Below are positions 24,813 through 35,465 of a stretch of 64,000 nt of DNA, piece by piece. The first letter of the stretch is position 1. The number at the start of each line of letters is the position of its first letter. Source of the DNA: Mustelus asterias (Eukaryota); the NCBI RefSeq assembly GCF_964213995.1, contig NC_135817.1, positions 72,912,001-72,976,000 of the forward strand, written 5' to 3'. Below the pieces are notes generated by a model, which saw only the letters and a list, made by a program, of their open reading frames with translations, did not search any database and had not been told where the DNA came from. A program made the translations under genes and the position numbers.

Positions 24813-25559
24813 ATTTTGCTACCAAATAAACCTGTTGGACTTTAACCTGGTGTTGTTAGACTTCTTATTGGGGAATATAGAACATGGGGAAATCTCGGGA
24901 TAAAGTGGTCAATTATTTAGGACTGAGGTAAGGAGAACTTCCTTCAGTCGGAGGTTGTGAATCATTGGAATTCTCTATCTTGGCGTGGATGCGTGATTAT
25001 ATTCAAGGTTTTCATAGATAAACTTATGATCTCTGAGGAAATCAAGGAATATGAGGAGCAGACTGAAAGGGGAGTTGAGACAGAAGATCAGCATGGTCAT
25101 CAAGATGCCATTAAGTCTACTGCAGTGCCTAATTCTTATGTTCGACCTAGCTCTTACTTTAAGGTACACCAGTGTTGCTGCATTGGGTCAGTTCCTGGAT
25201 GGAGTTCTCCACAGTAACCAAGCCCTCTAAGATCATTAGCATTTTCTATCAGTTTAGTACACTGGAGGTATTTGGTGTTTTGGGGTAAGAGATTTGCAGC
25301 GGCAACTTTCTTTCTGCACTGCAATTTTTTAGACAACAAATTATATCGATGTAATGGGTTTCTGGGATCATACAGCTGTGTTTGGGTTTAGTCATGTATG
25401 ATCAACTCATGATCCTGTCAGGATCTCATTGAAACTGGCTACTGGGAGAACTAAAGGTAGAATTTTGAACCGTTGAGTTTGTCATTTCCTCAGTCTGTTA
25501 GTCTTCCCATGTCAACATAATGCATTTGACTATCAATCATCTTTTGACTTATCAATATT

Positions 25560-25877
25560 TATAGAATCATAGGATCCCTACAGTGTAGAAGGAGGCCGTT
25601 CGGCCCATCGAATCTGTACCAACCACAACCCATCCCAGGGCTTATTCTTGTATTCCTACACAATTACCCTGCTCATCCCCCTGGCACTACAGCAATTTAA
25701 CATGGCCAGTCCACCTAACCAGCACATCTTTGGACTGTGGGAGGAAACCAGAGCACCTGGAAGAAACTCACAGAGAGAACGTGCAAACTCCACACAGACA
25801 GTGACCCAAGGCTGGAATTGAACCCGGGTGCCTGGCGCTGTGAGGCAGCAGTGATAACCACTGCGCCACTGTGCTGC
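25560..25877 (-). mobile_element. HE1-like SINE, tail A
   Basis: Full length, diverged. Confidence 0.88.
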
Positions 25878-27129
25878 TCATTTGAATGATGATTTTATTA
25901 CAAATAAAGAAAATCCACCCAAGGGCATACGTCCCTCACTTTCCTGGATGGATTGGGCAGCAAGTTACGAATATCGATCAGGTTTAAAATTGGAGTAGTA
26001 AGATCCAAACGCTAGAGTCCCATTCCTTCAGCAACAGTGTGGCACAATGAAACTCCTGTGTGTCCTCTCATTTTCATTGGGTAACAAACAATTAAAAATC
26101 ATGTATTGCAAAGACTAACACTGGATGTGTTAGTGAGTTACAACAGTGTTAGTAACAACAGTGAGTTACTAACCTGCTGCTTATGAGGAACATAAATAGT
26201 ATGTTGACCTGAATTAGACAGCAGTATAATATAGTAAGTAAAAATCACATGGAACACATCCATTTTACCATTGACATCAAAGACATTTCATTTAAATGAA
26301 GATCACTCATGGTTTAGCTCAGATGCCACTTTGGTCATTAGGGTCAGATACATGTTAATGAATATTCTTGAAGTTAATTCTTCTTCAGAGCAAGTCTGAG
26401 CTTTGCAGAGTTTCTTAGGTAAATGGGTGCCCTTTTGGAGAGGTAAGTACCTTTTTGGATATGGTCTGGGAACCTTTGAGGGAAGTCAGGCACCCTTTGG
26501 GAAAAGTAGTCTGTCCTTTGGAGTTGTTAAAAGCAGACATGAATATGTGTAAAAAGTACATAAACTCGTTGGATCTGTCAAGCTCTTGCAACTGTCAAAA
26601 TAAACTGTTAAATTGTCAAAATATTTAAAATCCCTACCCTTTAAAAATAATAAAAACTGTCTGCCGAGTTTTGACATTAGCCTGAGAGCTTTTATTACTT
26701 GATCAGTGCTGCATTGCTGATTTCACAACCTTCCATTATCACAGCAGGGTGGCCATCAGTTCACAGTTTGCTTGACAGCTCCAAGTGGTTATAGAGGGTG
26801 TGATTCTCTCACCCCGCCATGCTATTTTTTTTTTCCCGAGCATGCACGGGATTCACGCATGCTTTCCTGCTGCGTGGCACCTCCCAGTGCTGGATTTCCG
26901 GTGCTATCTGATTCATGTTGGAAAACGGCAGGAACACCAGGTAATCACATCTTATTTTAATGTTATTATAATATGATTAGCGGGCCCGGGACTGAATTCT
27001 CCATTATTAGCCTACTTGTGACACTAATAAATAAACTTTAAAACTTTAATTAAAGATATCAATTGTTGTTAAAGCAAATGGCGCAGAATCAATCCCGTTC
27101 CCAATTCTCAGATATGAAAACTGATTCTG

Positions 27130-27326
27130 CCTTGAGACAGTGTTAACTTCAATCAATTGGAGGAGTGTATCCTAACAGCCCACTCACCGCCCTGTACTGA
27201 CGGCACAGTAAAATAACCTACAGTAAGATGATCTCTGCATATTCCAATTGGTTTCCCAGTCTCATTTCAGTAAAACTCCCTGACGGTGGGACATAAACGG
27301 GAAGCTTGTCTGTCTCATCTCCCCAC
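27130..27326 (-). repeat. Unclassified element of about 190 bp (copy 1)
   Basis: Reverse-complement homolog of 30581-30772; shares GTGTATCCTAACAGCCCAC, CTGTACTGACGGCAC and TGCATATTCCAATTGGTTTCCCA. Strand is given relative to copy 2. Confidence 0.75.
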
Positions 27327-28594
27327 AATTTCATCTGCCCCTCTCCCACCTCTGCCTCCTGTCGACTGGTAAAGTTCTGCCCAATCTTACTGGAGCTATC
27401 ATTCCCAATCTTACTGGAGCCATCAAAGAACAAAGGAAATTACAGCACAGGAACAGGCCCTTCGGCCCTCCAAGCCTGCACCGACCATGCTGCCCGACTG
27501 AACTAAAACCCCCTACCCTTCCGGGGACCGTATCCCTCTATTACCACCTATTCATGTATTTGTCAAGACGTCCCTTAAAAGTCACTATTGTATCTGCTTC
27601 TCGTACCTCCCCCAGCAGCAAGTTCCAGGCACCCACCCCACTCTGTGTAAAAAACTTACCTTGAACACCTCCTTTAAACCTTGCCCCTCACACCTTAAAC
27701 CTATGCCCCCTAGTAATTGACTCTTCCACCCTGGGAAAAAGCTTCTGACTATCCACTCTGTCCATGCCCCTCATAATCTTGTAGACTTCTATCAGGCCTC
27801 CCCTCAACCTCCGTTGCTCCAAAGAGAACAAATCAAGTTTCTCCAACCTTTCCTCATAGCTAATGCCCTCCATACCAGGCAACATCCTGGTAAATCTTTT
27901 CTGTACCCTCTCCAAAGCCTCCACATCCTTCTGGTAGTGTGGTGTCCAAAATTGAACACTATATTCCAAGTGTGGCCTAACTAAGGTTCTATAAAGTTGC
28001 AACATGACTTGCCAATTTTTAAACGCAATGCCCCAGCCAATGAAGGCAAGCATGCTGTATGCCTTCTTGACTACCTTCTCCACCTTGGGAGAAGGTAGTC
28101 ACTTTCAGTGACCTGTGTACCTGTACACCCAGATCCCTCCGCCTATTAATACTCTTAAGGATTCTGCCATTTTTCTGTATATCTCCTATCTGTATTAGAC
28201 CTTCCAAAATGCATTACCTCACATTTGTCCGGGTTAAACTCCATCTGCCATCTTTCCACCCAAGTCTACAACCAATCTATACCCTGCTGTATCCTCTGAT
28301 GGTCCTCATCGCTATCCGCAAATCAACCAACCTTTGTGCCGTCCGCAAACTTACTAATCAAACCAGTTACATTTTCCTCCAAATCATTTATATATATATA
28401 TTACAAACAGCAAAGGTCCCAGCACTGATCCTTGAGGAACGCCACTTGTCACAGCCCTCCATTCAGAAACACACCCTTCCTCTGTCTTCCATGACCAAGA
28501 TGTGGAGATGCCGGCGTTGGACTGGGGTAAACACAGTAAGAAGTTTAACAACACCAGGTTAAAGTCCAACAGGTTTATTGGGTAGCAAAAGCCA

Positions 28595-28631
28595 CACAAG
28601 CTTTCGGAGCTGCAAGCCCCTTCTTCAGGTG
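28595..28631 (-). ncRNA. Minimal hammerhead ribozyme motif
   Basis: Reverse complement: CAC CTGAAGA A GGGGC-TTGCA-GCTCC GAAA G CTT GTG. Confidence 0.75.
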
Positions 28632-28934
28632 AGTGGGAATTCTGTTCACAAACAGGGCATGTAAAGACACAAGCTCAATTTACATGAATAATAGTTGGAA
28701 TGCGAATACTTACAACTAATCAAGTCTTTAAGAAACAAAACAACGTGAGTGGAGAGAGCATCAAGACAGGCTAAAGAGATGTGTATTGTCTGGAGCCTGT
28801 CTTGATGCTCTCTCCACTCACGTTGTTTTGTTTCTTAAAGACTTGATTAGTTGTAAGTATTCGCATTCCAACCATTATTCATGTAAATTGAGTCTGTGTC
28901 TTTACATGCCCTGTTTGTGAACAGAATTCCCACT

Positions 28935-28971
28935 CACCTGAAGAAGGGGCTTGGAGCTCCGAAAGCTTGTG
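28935..28971 (+). ncRNA. Minimal hammerhead ribozyme motif
   Basis: CAC CTGAAGA A GGGGC-TTGGA-GCTCC GAAA G CTT GTG. Confidence 0.75.
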
Positions 28972-29156
28972 TGGCTTTTGCTACTAAATAAACCTGTTGG
29001 ACTTTAACCTGGTGTTGTTAAACTTCTTTCCATGACCAAGCCAGTTCTGTATCCACCTCGCCAGCTCACCTCTGATCCCATGCGGCTTCACCTTCTGTAC
29101 CAGTCTGCCATGAGGGACCTTGTCAAAGGCCTTACTGAAGTCCATGTAGACAACAT

Positions 29157-29780
29157 ATTCCCAATCTTACTGGAGCTATCATTCCCAATCTTTCTGGAGC
29201 TATCATTCCCAATCTCTCTGGAGCTATCATTCCCAATCTCTCTGGAGCTATCATTCCCAATCTCTCTGGAGCTATCATTCCCAATCTTTCTGTAGCTACC
29301 ATTCCCAATCTTTCTGGAGCCACCATTCCCAATCTAGCTGGAGCTATCATCCCCAATCTCTCTGGAGCTATCATCCCCAATCTCTCTGGAGCTATCATTC
29401 CCAATCTCACTGGAGCTATCATTCCCAATCTCTCTGGAGCTATCATTCCCAATCTCTCTGGAGCTATCATTCCCAATCTCTCTGGAGCTATCATTCCCAA
29501 TCTTTCTGGAGCTACCATTCCCAATCTTTCTGGAGCTACCATTCCCAATCTAGCTGGAGCTATCATTCCCAATCTCACTGGAGCTATCATTCCCAATCTC
29601 TCTGGAGCTATCATTCCCAATCTCTCTGGAGCTATCATTCCCAATCTCTCTGGAGCTACCATTCCCAATCTCTCTGGAGCTATCATTCCCAATCTCTCTG
29701 GAGCTATCATTCCCAATCTCACTGGAGCTATCATTCCCAATCTCTCTGGAGCTATCATTCCCAATCTAGCTGGAGCTATC
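29157..29780. repeat. Minisatellite, 26 x 24 bp
   Basis: Unit ATTCCCAATCT(NN)CTGGAGCTA(T/C)C; 624 bp equals exactly 26 units; about 1.9 more units at 27380-27424. Confidence 0.95.
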
Positions 29781-29869
29781 ATCAAGCTCCGTAATTTCTT
29801 TATCTCACTTTTCAAGCTCTTGTTCTTGACCTGGTTATTTCTCTGGAATGGTTACAATTTTGCTCCTTC

Positions 29870-30268
29870 AGGTTTAAGAGATTTGATAGAGATGTTCAAG
29901 ACCGTGAAGGGACTGGATATAGTTGATGGGAAGGAGAAACTGTTCCCATTCATAAAAGGATCAAGAATGAGAGAGCACAGATTTAAAGTGATTTAAAGTG
30001 CAAAAGAAGCAAACGCTATGTTAGAAAAATCTCTTTCACACAGTGAGTGGTTGGACTGTGGAGTGCACTGCCTGGAAGTGTGCTGGAGGCAGGTTTAATC
30101 ACGGCATTCAAGAGAGCATTAGATGATTATCTGAGTAGAAACAATATGCAGGAGTATGGGGAAAAGGCAGGGGAACGGCACTAAGTCATAATGCTCATTT
30201 GGAGAGCCGGTGTAGACACGATGGGCCAAATGGCCTCCTGCACGGTAACAATTTTGTGATTCTGTGAT
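29870..30268 (+). mobile_element. CR1 3' fragment with (TTCTGTGA) tail
   Basis: LRDLIEMFK..FTQ.VVGLWSALP-like remnant and 3'UTR. Confidence 0.8.
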
Positions 30269-30269
30269 C

Positions 30270-31370
30270 TTTGAAGGGAGTACATTCCAGATCATAATGA
30301 CGAGCTGTGTAAAGACTTTTGGTCTCATCTCACCTCTGTCTGTTTGACCAATTACCTTAAATCTATGTCCATGATTACAGATCGGCCTCGCACTGAGAGC
30401 AGAGTCTTCTTGTTTACTCTATCAAGACCCCACAAGATTTTGAACAGCTCCATTAAATCTCTCCTTAACATTCTTGGCTCTAAGGAGAACAATCCCAGCT
30501 TTTCCAGTTTCTGCAAATAACTGAACTTCTGCATCTTTGCTTCAGTTTAGTAAGTCTCCCCTGCACCCCATCTAAGACCTCATGGGGAGCTGTGTTGGAT
30601 GGGCTCCCTGACTATGTCCCACTGCTGTTGGGGTATTTTACTGAACTAAGAATGGGAAACCAATTGGAATATGCAAAGACCCTAGTAAGGGCCATTTTAC
30701 CGTGCCGTCAGTACAGGGTGGGCTGTTAGGATACACTTCTCTGATTGATTGGAGTTTGTTTGCTCTGTCTTCAAGACCTAAGTGTGGTGCCCAGAATTAA
30801 ACCAGAGATATACCAGTTGAGGCCTAAACTGTGATTTATGAAGCTTCTGTATAAGTTCTTTGCTTTTGAACTCTATTCCATTGTTCATTACATCAAGAAT
30901 CCAATATGCCTCTTGAACAGAATTCTCAACTTGCTCTGCTGCCTTCAATGATTCTTGTACTTGCCCCAGATTTCCCTGTTTCTACACAACATTAAACTTG
31001 GACCATTTGGTTTATATTGCCTCTTACTCTTCTTTCCAAAATCCTACATTTAACACTTTTCTGCTTGAAGTTGGAACTGCCATGTTTCTGCCCCTTTCAC
31101 CTGTCCATGTCTCTCTGAAGTCTCTTACTACCCTTTTCGCTGTTTATTACATTTCTGAGCTTTGTGCCATGTGCAAGCTTTGAAATAATAGTCTGATATT
31201 CAAGTCCGGGTCACTAACATATATTATAAACAGTACTGATCCAAGGATGTGGGTGGCTGGGGGAGGGGAGGTCGCCACTGATTACTGCCTTCTAGTCCAA
31301 AAAGCAATTATTTACCACTATGTTCTACCTTCTGTTCCTGCGTCAGTTCCATATCCATTCTGCCGCTGCT
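30270..31370 (-). mobile_element. Old CR1 fragment
   Basis: LEKLGLFSLEPRMLRRDLMELFKIL (30352-30534). Confidence 0.75.
30581..30772 (+). mobile_element. Unclassified element of about 190 bp (copy 2)
   Basis: Interrupts a CR1; flanked by AAGACCT at 30574-30580 and 30773-30779. Confidence 0.7.
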
Positions 31371-31764
31371 CCTTGTTAGAATGTAATCGGTGACAACTTT
31401 GTATTGGATGCAATGTGACCAACGGTAACAAGCTGTAAGGGTCAGCTGACCCAGTAAACCATGGAACCAATTATAGAACGACATAATAGTCAGCTGACTC
31501 ACTATAAATAAGGACCTGTTTGGTATTGTGTTCCGCTTGGAGTGGCCCTGGGCGAGGCCCCACGTTTGGAGTAATGATGTTTCTTTACTAAACCCTTTCT
31601 TTGATTTATAAGTTGGAGTAAGTTTTGTTCTATTTTTATTGTCTGCATTTGAAGAGTTACTTCTGATGAAACACTCATTAGTCCCATGGCCTTTAATTCT
31701 TCTATAAACATATTATGTAGGATTATTACATGCTTGAACTTTTGCTTAGTTGGTATATTAAGTC

Positions 31765-31988
31765 TGTGGAGCGAGAAGTCCCTTCACCAAAATCCCTTTA
31801 TTTACGAACTCTAACAGCAGTACACCGAGTGCTAGCAGTTAGCGGTCTACCTCCGGGGGTGTCAGAGAAACTGACACGCCCAGTTATGTACAAGGCAAAG
31901 ACTCCCTGATTGGCCCATCAATTGGATCCTTAATCAGGGAGTTCATACTCCAATTGCCAACCTCAATGGCCCGATTGAAGTCATTACA
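31765..31988 (-). mobile_element. Possible LTR remnant
   Basis: TGT...ACA ends and TTTATT (reverse AATAAA) near 31797; no TSD found. Confidence 0.35.
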
Positions 31989-32172
31989 GTTGGTAATACA
32001 TTCGCCAGTCTCTGAGTTGGAAGGTTCTGAGTTCAAACCCCAATCCAGGACTTGAGCACAAAAATGAAGGGAGTATTACACTGTCTGAGATGCCATCTTT
32101 TGGATGAGATCTCAAGTGATGGATGTAAAAGATCCAATCATAATATTTTAAAGGTGAGTTATCCCTGGTGTC

Positions 32173-33348
32173 ATAGAACATAGAACAGTACAGCACAGAA
32201 CAGGCCCTTCGGCCCACGATGTTGTGCCGAGCTTTATCTGAAACCAAGATCAAGCTATCCCACTCCCTATCATCCTGGTGTGCTCCATGTGCCTATCCAA
32301 TAACCGCTTAAATGTTCCTAAAGTGTCTGACTCCACTATCACTGCAGGCAGTCCATTCCACACTCCAACCACTCTCTGCGTAAAGAACCTACCTCTGATA
32401 TCCTTCCTATATCTCCCACCACGAACCCTATAGTTATGCCCCCTTGTAATAGCTCCATCCACCCGAGGAAATAGTCTTTGAACGTTCACTCTATCTATCC
32501 CCTTCATCATTTTATAAACTTCTATTAAGTCTCCCCTCAGCCTCCTCCGCTCCAGAGAGAACAGCCCTAGCTCCCTCAACCTTTCCTCATAAGACCTACC
32601 CTCCAAACCAGGCAGCATCCTGATAAATCTCCTCTGCACTCTTTCCAGCACTTCCACATCCTTCTTATAGTGAGGTGACCAGAACTGCACACAATATTCC
32701 AAATGTGGTCTAACCAAGGTCCTGTACAGTTGCAGCATAACCCCATGGCTCTTAAACTCCAACCCCCTGTTAATAAAAGCTAACACACTATAGGCCTTCT
32801 TCACAGCTCTATCCACTTGAGTGGCAACCTTTAGAGATCTGTGGATATGGACCCCAAGATCTCTCTGTTCCTCCAGTCTTCAGAACCCTACCTTTGACCC
32901 TGTAATCCACATTTAAATTAGTCCTACCAAAATGAATCACCTCACATTTATCAGGGTTAAACTCCATTTGCCATTTTTCAGCCCAGCTTTGCATCCTATC
33001 TATGTCTCTTTGCAGCCTACAACAGCCCTCCACCTCATCCACTACTCCACCAATCTTGGTGTCATCAGCAAATTTACTGATCCACCCTTCAGCCCCCTCC
33101 TCTAAGTCATTAATAAAAATCACAAAGAGCAGAGGACCAAGCACTGATCCCTGTGGCAATCCGCTAGCAACCTGCCTCCAATCCGAAAATTTTCCATCCA
33201 CCACCACCCTCTGTCTTCGATCAGATAGCCAGTTACCTATCCAATCGGCCAACTTTCCCTCTATCCCACACCTCCTTACTTTCATCATAAGCCGACCATG
33301 GGGTCCTTATCAAATGCCTTACTAAACTCCATGTATATGACATCAACT
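32173..33348 (-). mobile_element. Young CR1 LINE, RT to 3' end, one frameshift
   Basis: ORFs 32809-33288 (PQGSVLGPLLF, KFADDTK) and 32250-32816; (TTCTATG)n tail. Confidence 0.93.
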
Positions 33349-33454
33349 GGCCAGTCCCCAGGACGTGGAGATGCCGGCGTTGGACTGGGGTAAGCACAGT
33401 AAGAAGTCTCACAACACCAGGTTAAAGTCCAACAGGTTTATTTGGTAGCAAATA

Positions 33455-33491
33455 CCATAAGCTTTCGGAGCGATGCCCCTTCGTCAGATGG
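33455..33491 (-). ncRNA. Minimal hammerhead ribozyme motif
   Basis: Reverse complement: CCAT CTGACGA A GGGGC-ATC-GCTCC GAAA G CTT ATGG. Confidence 0.75.
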
Positions 33492-33676
33492 AGTGGTCTC
33501 TGTTCTCCAACAGTGCACAGACACAGAAATCAAGTTACAGAATACTAATTTAATGTTCCCTCCACCCACATTATCTGTACCTTTTAAGACCTGGCTGGCT
33601 GTAGAGATTTGCATTCTAATTAGTATTCTGTTACTTGATTTCTGTGTCTGTGCACTGTTGGAGAACAGAGACCACT

Positions 33677-33713
33677 CCATCTGACGAAGGGGCAGCGCTC
33701 CGAAAGCTTATGG
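33677..33713 (+). ncRNA. Minimal hammerhead ribozyme motif
   Basis: CCAT CTGACGA A GGGGC-AGC-GCTCC GAAA G CTT ATGG. Confidence 0.78.
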
Positions 33714-33907
33714 TATTTGCTACCAAATAAACCTGTTGGACTTTAACCTGGTGTTGTGAGACTTCTTACAGTCCCCAGGACACCAGGGATCAACATTACA
33801 AAAACAGATTAGCTGCACATTGCTGTTTGTGGGAGCTTGCATTGCAAACATTTTTAAAATTATAACTCTTCAAAAAAGTACTTAATTGGTGGTAAAGCAC
33901 TTTGCGA

Positions 33908-34207
33908 TCATAGAATCCCACAGTACAGAAGGAGGCCATTTGGCCCATTGAGTCTGTGCCGACCACAGTCCCACCCAGGCCCAATCCCGTAACCCAGCAC
34001 ATTTACCCTGCTAATCCCCCTGATACTGGGGTCAATTTACTACGGCCAATCAACCCAATCTAACCCACACATCTTTCAGACTGTGGGAAGAAAGCGGAGC
34101 ACCCGGAGGAAATCCACGCAGACACGGGGAGAACGTGCAAACTCCACACAGACAGGTTCCTGGCGCTGTGAGGCAGCAGTGCTAACCACTGTGCTACCGT
34201 GCCGTCC
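33908..34207 (-). mobile_element. HE1-like SINE, tail A
   Basis: Head, body and tail present; small B-box deletion. Confidence 0.88.
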
Positions 34208-34699
34208 CGATCAATTTTGCAGTTATTGAAGCTATCGGCTCGATTGAGGAAATGTGCGTCTACTTAAGGAGAAACAGCTGTGCAAATTTTGTCGTTTTAT
34301 TTTTCAAAATATTAAAAGTGAACATTATTAGCCTCAATTGTCAGACATCCTAAATGCTTCAGAAAGGAGTTATCTCCAAAAACCTTCTGCTGCATCCTCC
34401 TCTATTCCAAGACTGGTTTAGAGGGCACAGCAACCGGAAGGGTAAATTCCTCCTCAAACCCCAAGCACTTCACGTTTAACTCCAATACCAAATCTAAACT
34501 GCCGCAGGATGTCTTCATTTCCAAAAATTAGATAATCTGTGCAGCTGATTTGCTCATTTCGATGAAGAACGTAGGAAACTGAAGCAAGTGTAGACCTTAA
34601 GGCCCATCAACCAGCCCTCTCCCTCTTCCCAATCCAGCTCATTTCTCCCATCCAACTTCCCCTCTTCCCCCTAAACTTATCTTTTCCACCAGACCCACT

Positions 34700-35037
34700 T
34701 CATAGAATCCCTACAGTGCAGAAGGAGGCCATTCTGCCCATCGAGTCTGTATCGACCACAATCCCACCCAGGGCCTATCCCCGTAACCTCACAAATTTAC
34801 TCGCTAGTCCCTCTAACATACGCAACCCGGGACACTAAGCGGCAATTTAGCAAGGACACTGCACCTAACCCGCACATCTTTGGACTGTGGGAGGAAACCA
34901 GAGCACCTGGAGGAAACCCACGAAGGCACAGGGAGAACGTGCAAACACCACACAGACAGTGACCCAAGCCGGGAATCAAACCCAGGTCCCTGGTGCTGTG
35001 AGACAGCAGTGCTAACCACTGTGCCACCGAGCCGCCC
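34700..35037 (-). mobile_element. HE1-like SINE, tail A
   Basis: Full length. Confidence 0.9.
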
Positions 35038-35054
35038 TTAATAAGCCCTTGTGA

Positions 35055-35465
35055 TGATCTTATAGAGATCTTATAGAAACATATAAGATTATGAAGGGAA
35101 TAGATAAGATAGAAGCAGGGGAGTTGTTTCCACTGGCGGGTGAAACTAGAACTTGGGGGCATAGCCTCAAAATAAGAGGAAGCAGATTTAGGACTGAGTT
35201 GAGGAGGAACTTCTTCACACAAAGGGTTGTGAATCTGTGGAATTCCCTGCCCAGTGAAGCAGTTGAGTCTACCTCATTGAATGTTTTTAAGGCAAGGATA
35301 GATACATTTTTGAACAGTAAAGGAATTAAGGGTTATGGTGAGCGGGCGGGTAAGTGGAGCTGAGTCCACAAAAAGATCAGCCATGATCTTATTGAATGGT
35401 GGAGCAGGCTCGAGGGGCCAGATGGCCTACTCCTGCTCCTAGTTCTTATGTTCTCATGTTCTTAT
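35055..35465 (+). mobile_element. CR1 3' fragment
   Basis: ORF 35091-35363 FFTQRVVNLWNSLP; (TTCTTATG)n tail. Confidence 0.9.

Larger units (their letters stand above)
22321..24868 (+). mobile_element. Penelope-like element, fold-back (inverted pLTR plus direct GIY-YIG 3' end)
   Basis: 12-bp TSD TGGGGAATATAG (22309-22320 and 24869-24880); inversion point about 23550; direct arm encodes RQRMNEY..VGEHF..AEQKLIAKFRTHEDGLNRD. Confidence 0.9.
20850..25145 (+). mobile_element. Old CR1 LINE hosting HE1, PLE and younger CR1 insertions
   Basis: GNCRPVS..VVGKMLESII..VDVIHLDFQ (21077-21361), FADDTK near 21595; resumes after the PLE TSD at 24880. Confidence 0.8.
28500..29027. mobile_element. Non-coding fold-back Penelope-like element (arms about 235 bp)
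   Basis: 13-bp TSD TTCCATGACCAAG (28487-28499 and 29028-29040); near-perfect inverted repeat centred near 28783. Confidence 0.92.
27425..29156 (-). mobile_element. CR1/HER1 LINE, 5'-truncated, interrupted by a PLE
   Basis: VTSGVPQGSVLGPLLFVIYI, LVRPHLEYSVQFW; flanked on both sides by minisatellite units. Confidence 0.92.
33365..33768. mobile_element. Non-coding fold-back Penelope-like element (second subfamily)
   Basis: 13-bp TSD CAGTCCCCAGGAC (33352-33364 and 33769-33781); inverted arms about 150 bp. Confidence 0.92.
31990..33906 (+). mobile_element. Deu-SINE split by CR1 and PLE insertions
   Basis: tRNA-like head GAGTTCAAACCC near 32030; Deu core TTGCTGTTTGTGGGAGCTTGC near 33820. Confidence 0.6.

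Noticed and set aside
26388-26442. Small + strand exon candidate (TTCTTCAG ... GAG|GTAAGT)
   Set aside because: Stops in all three frames and no supporting neighbouring exons; could be chance.
27235-27330. Resemblance to the U17/SNORA73 m1 motif (UGCAUAUUCC) and a terminal ACA
   Set aside because: No m2 motif (AAACCAU), and the ACA is absent from the second copy.
29132-29815. 227-aa ORF of MIAPERLG repeats, or a CRISPR-like array
   Set aside because: The 24-bp unit is a multiple of 3 with no stop, so the ORF is automatic; units are contiguous with no unique spacers and no cas genes.
27130-30772. Inverted 190-bp copies as TIRs of one 3.6-kb DNA transposon
   Set aside because: Copy 2 has its own flanking duplication inside a CR1 that continues on both sides, and the copies are diverged; independent insertions are more likely.
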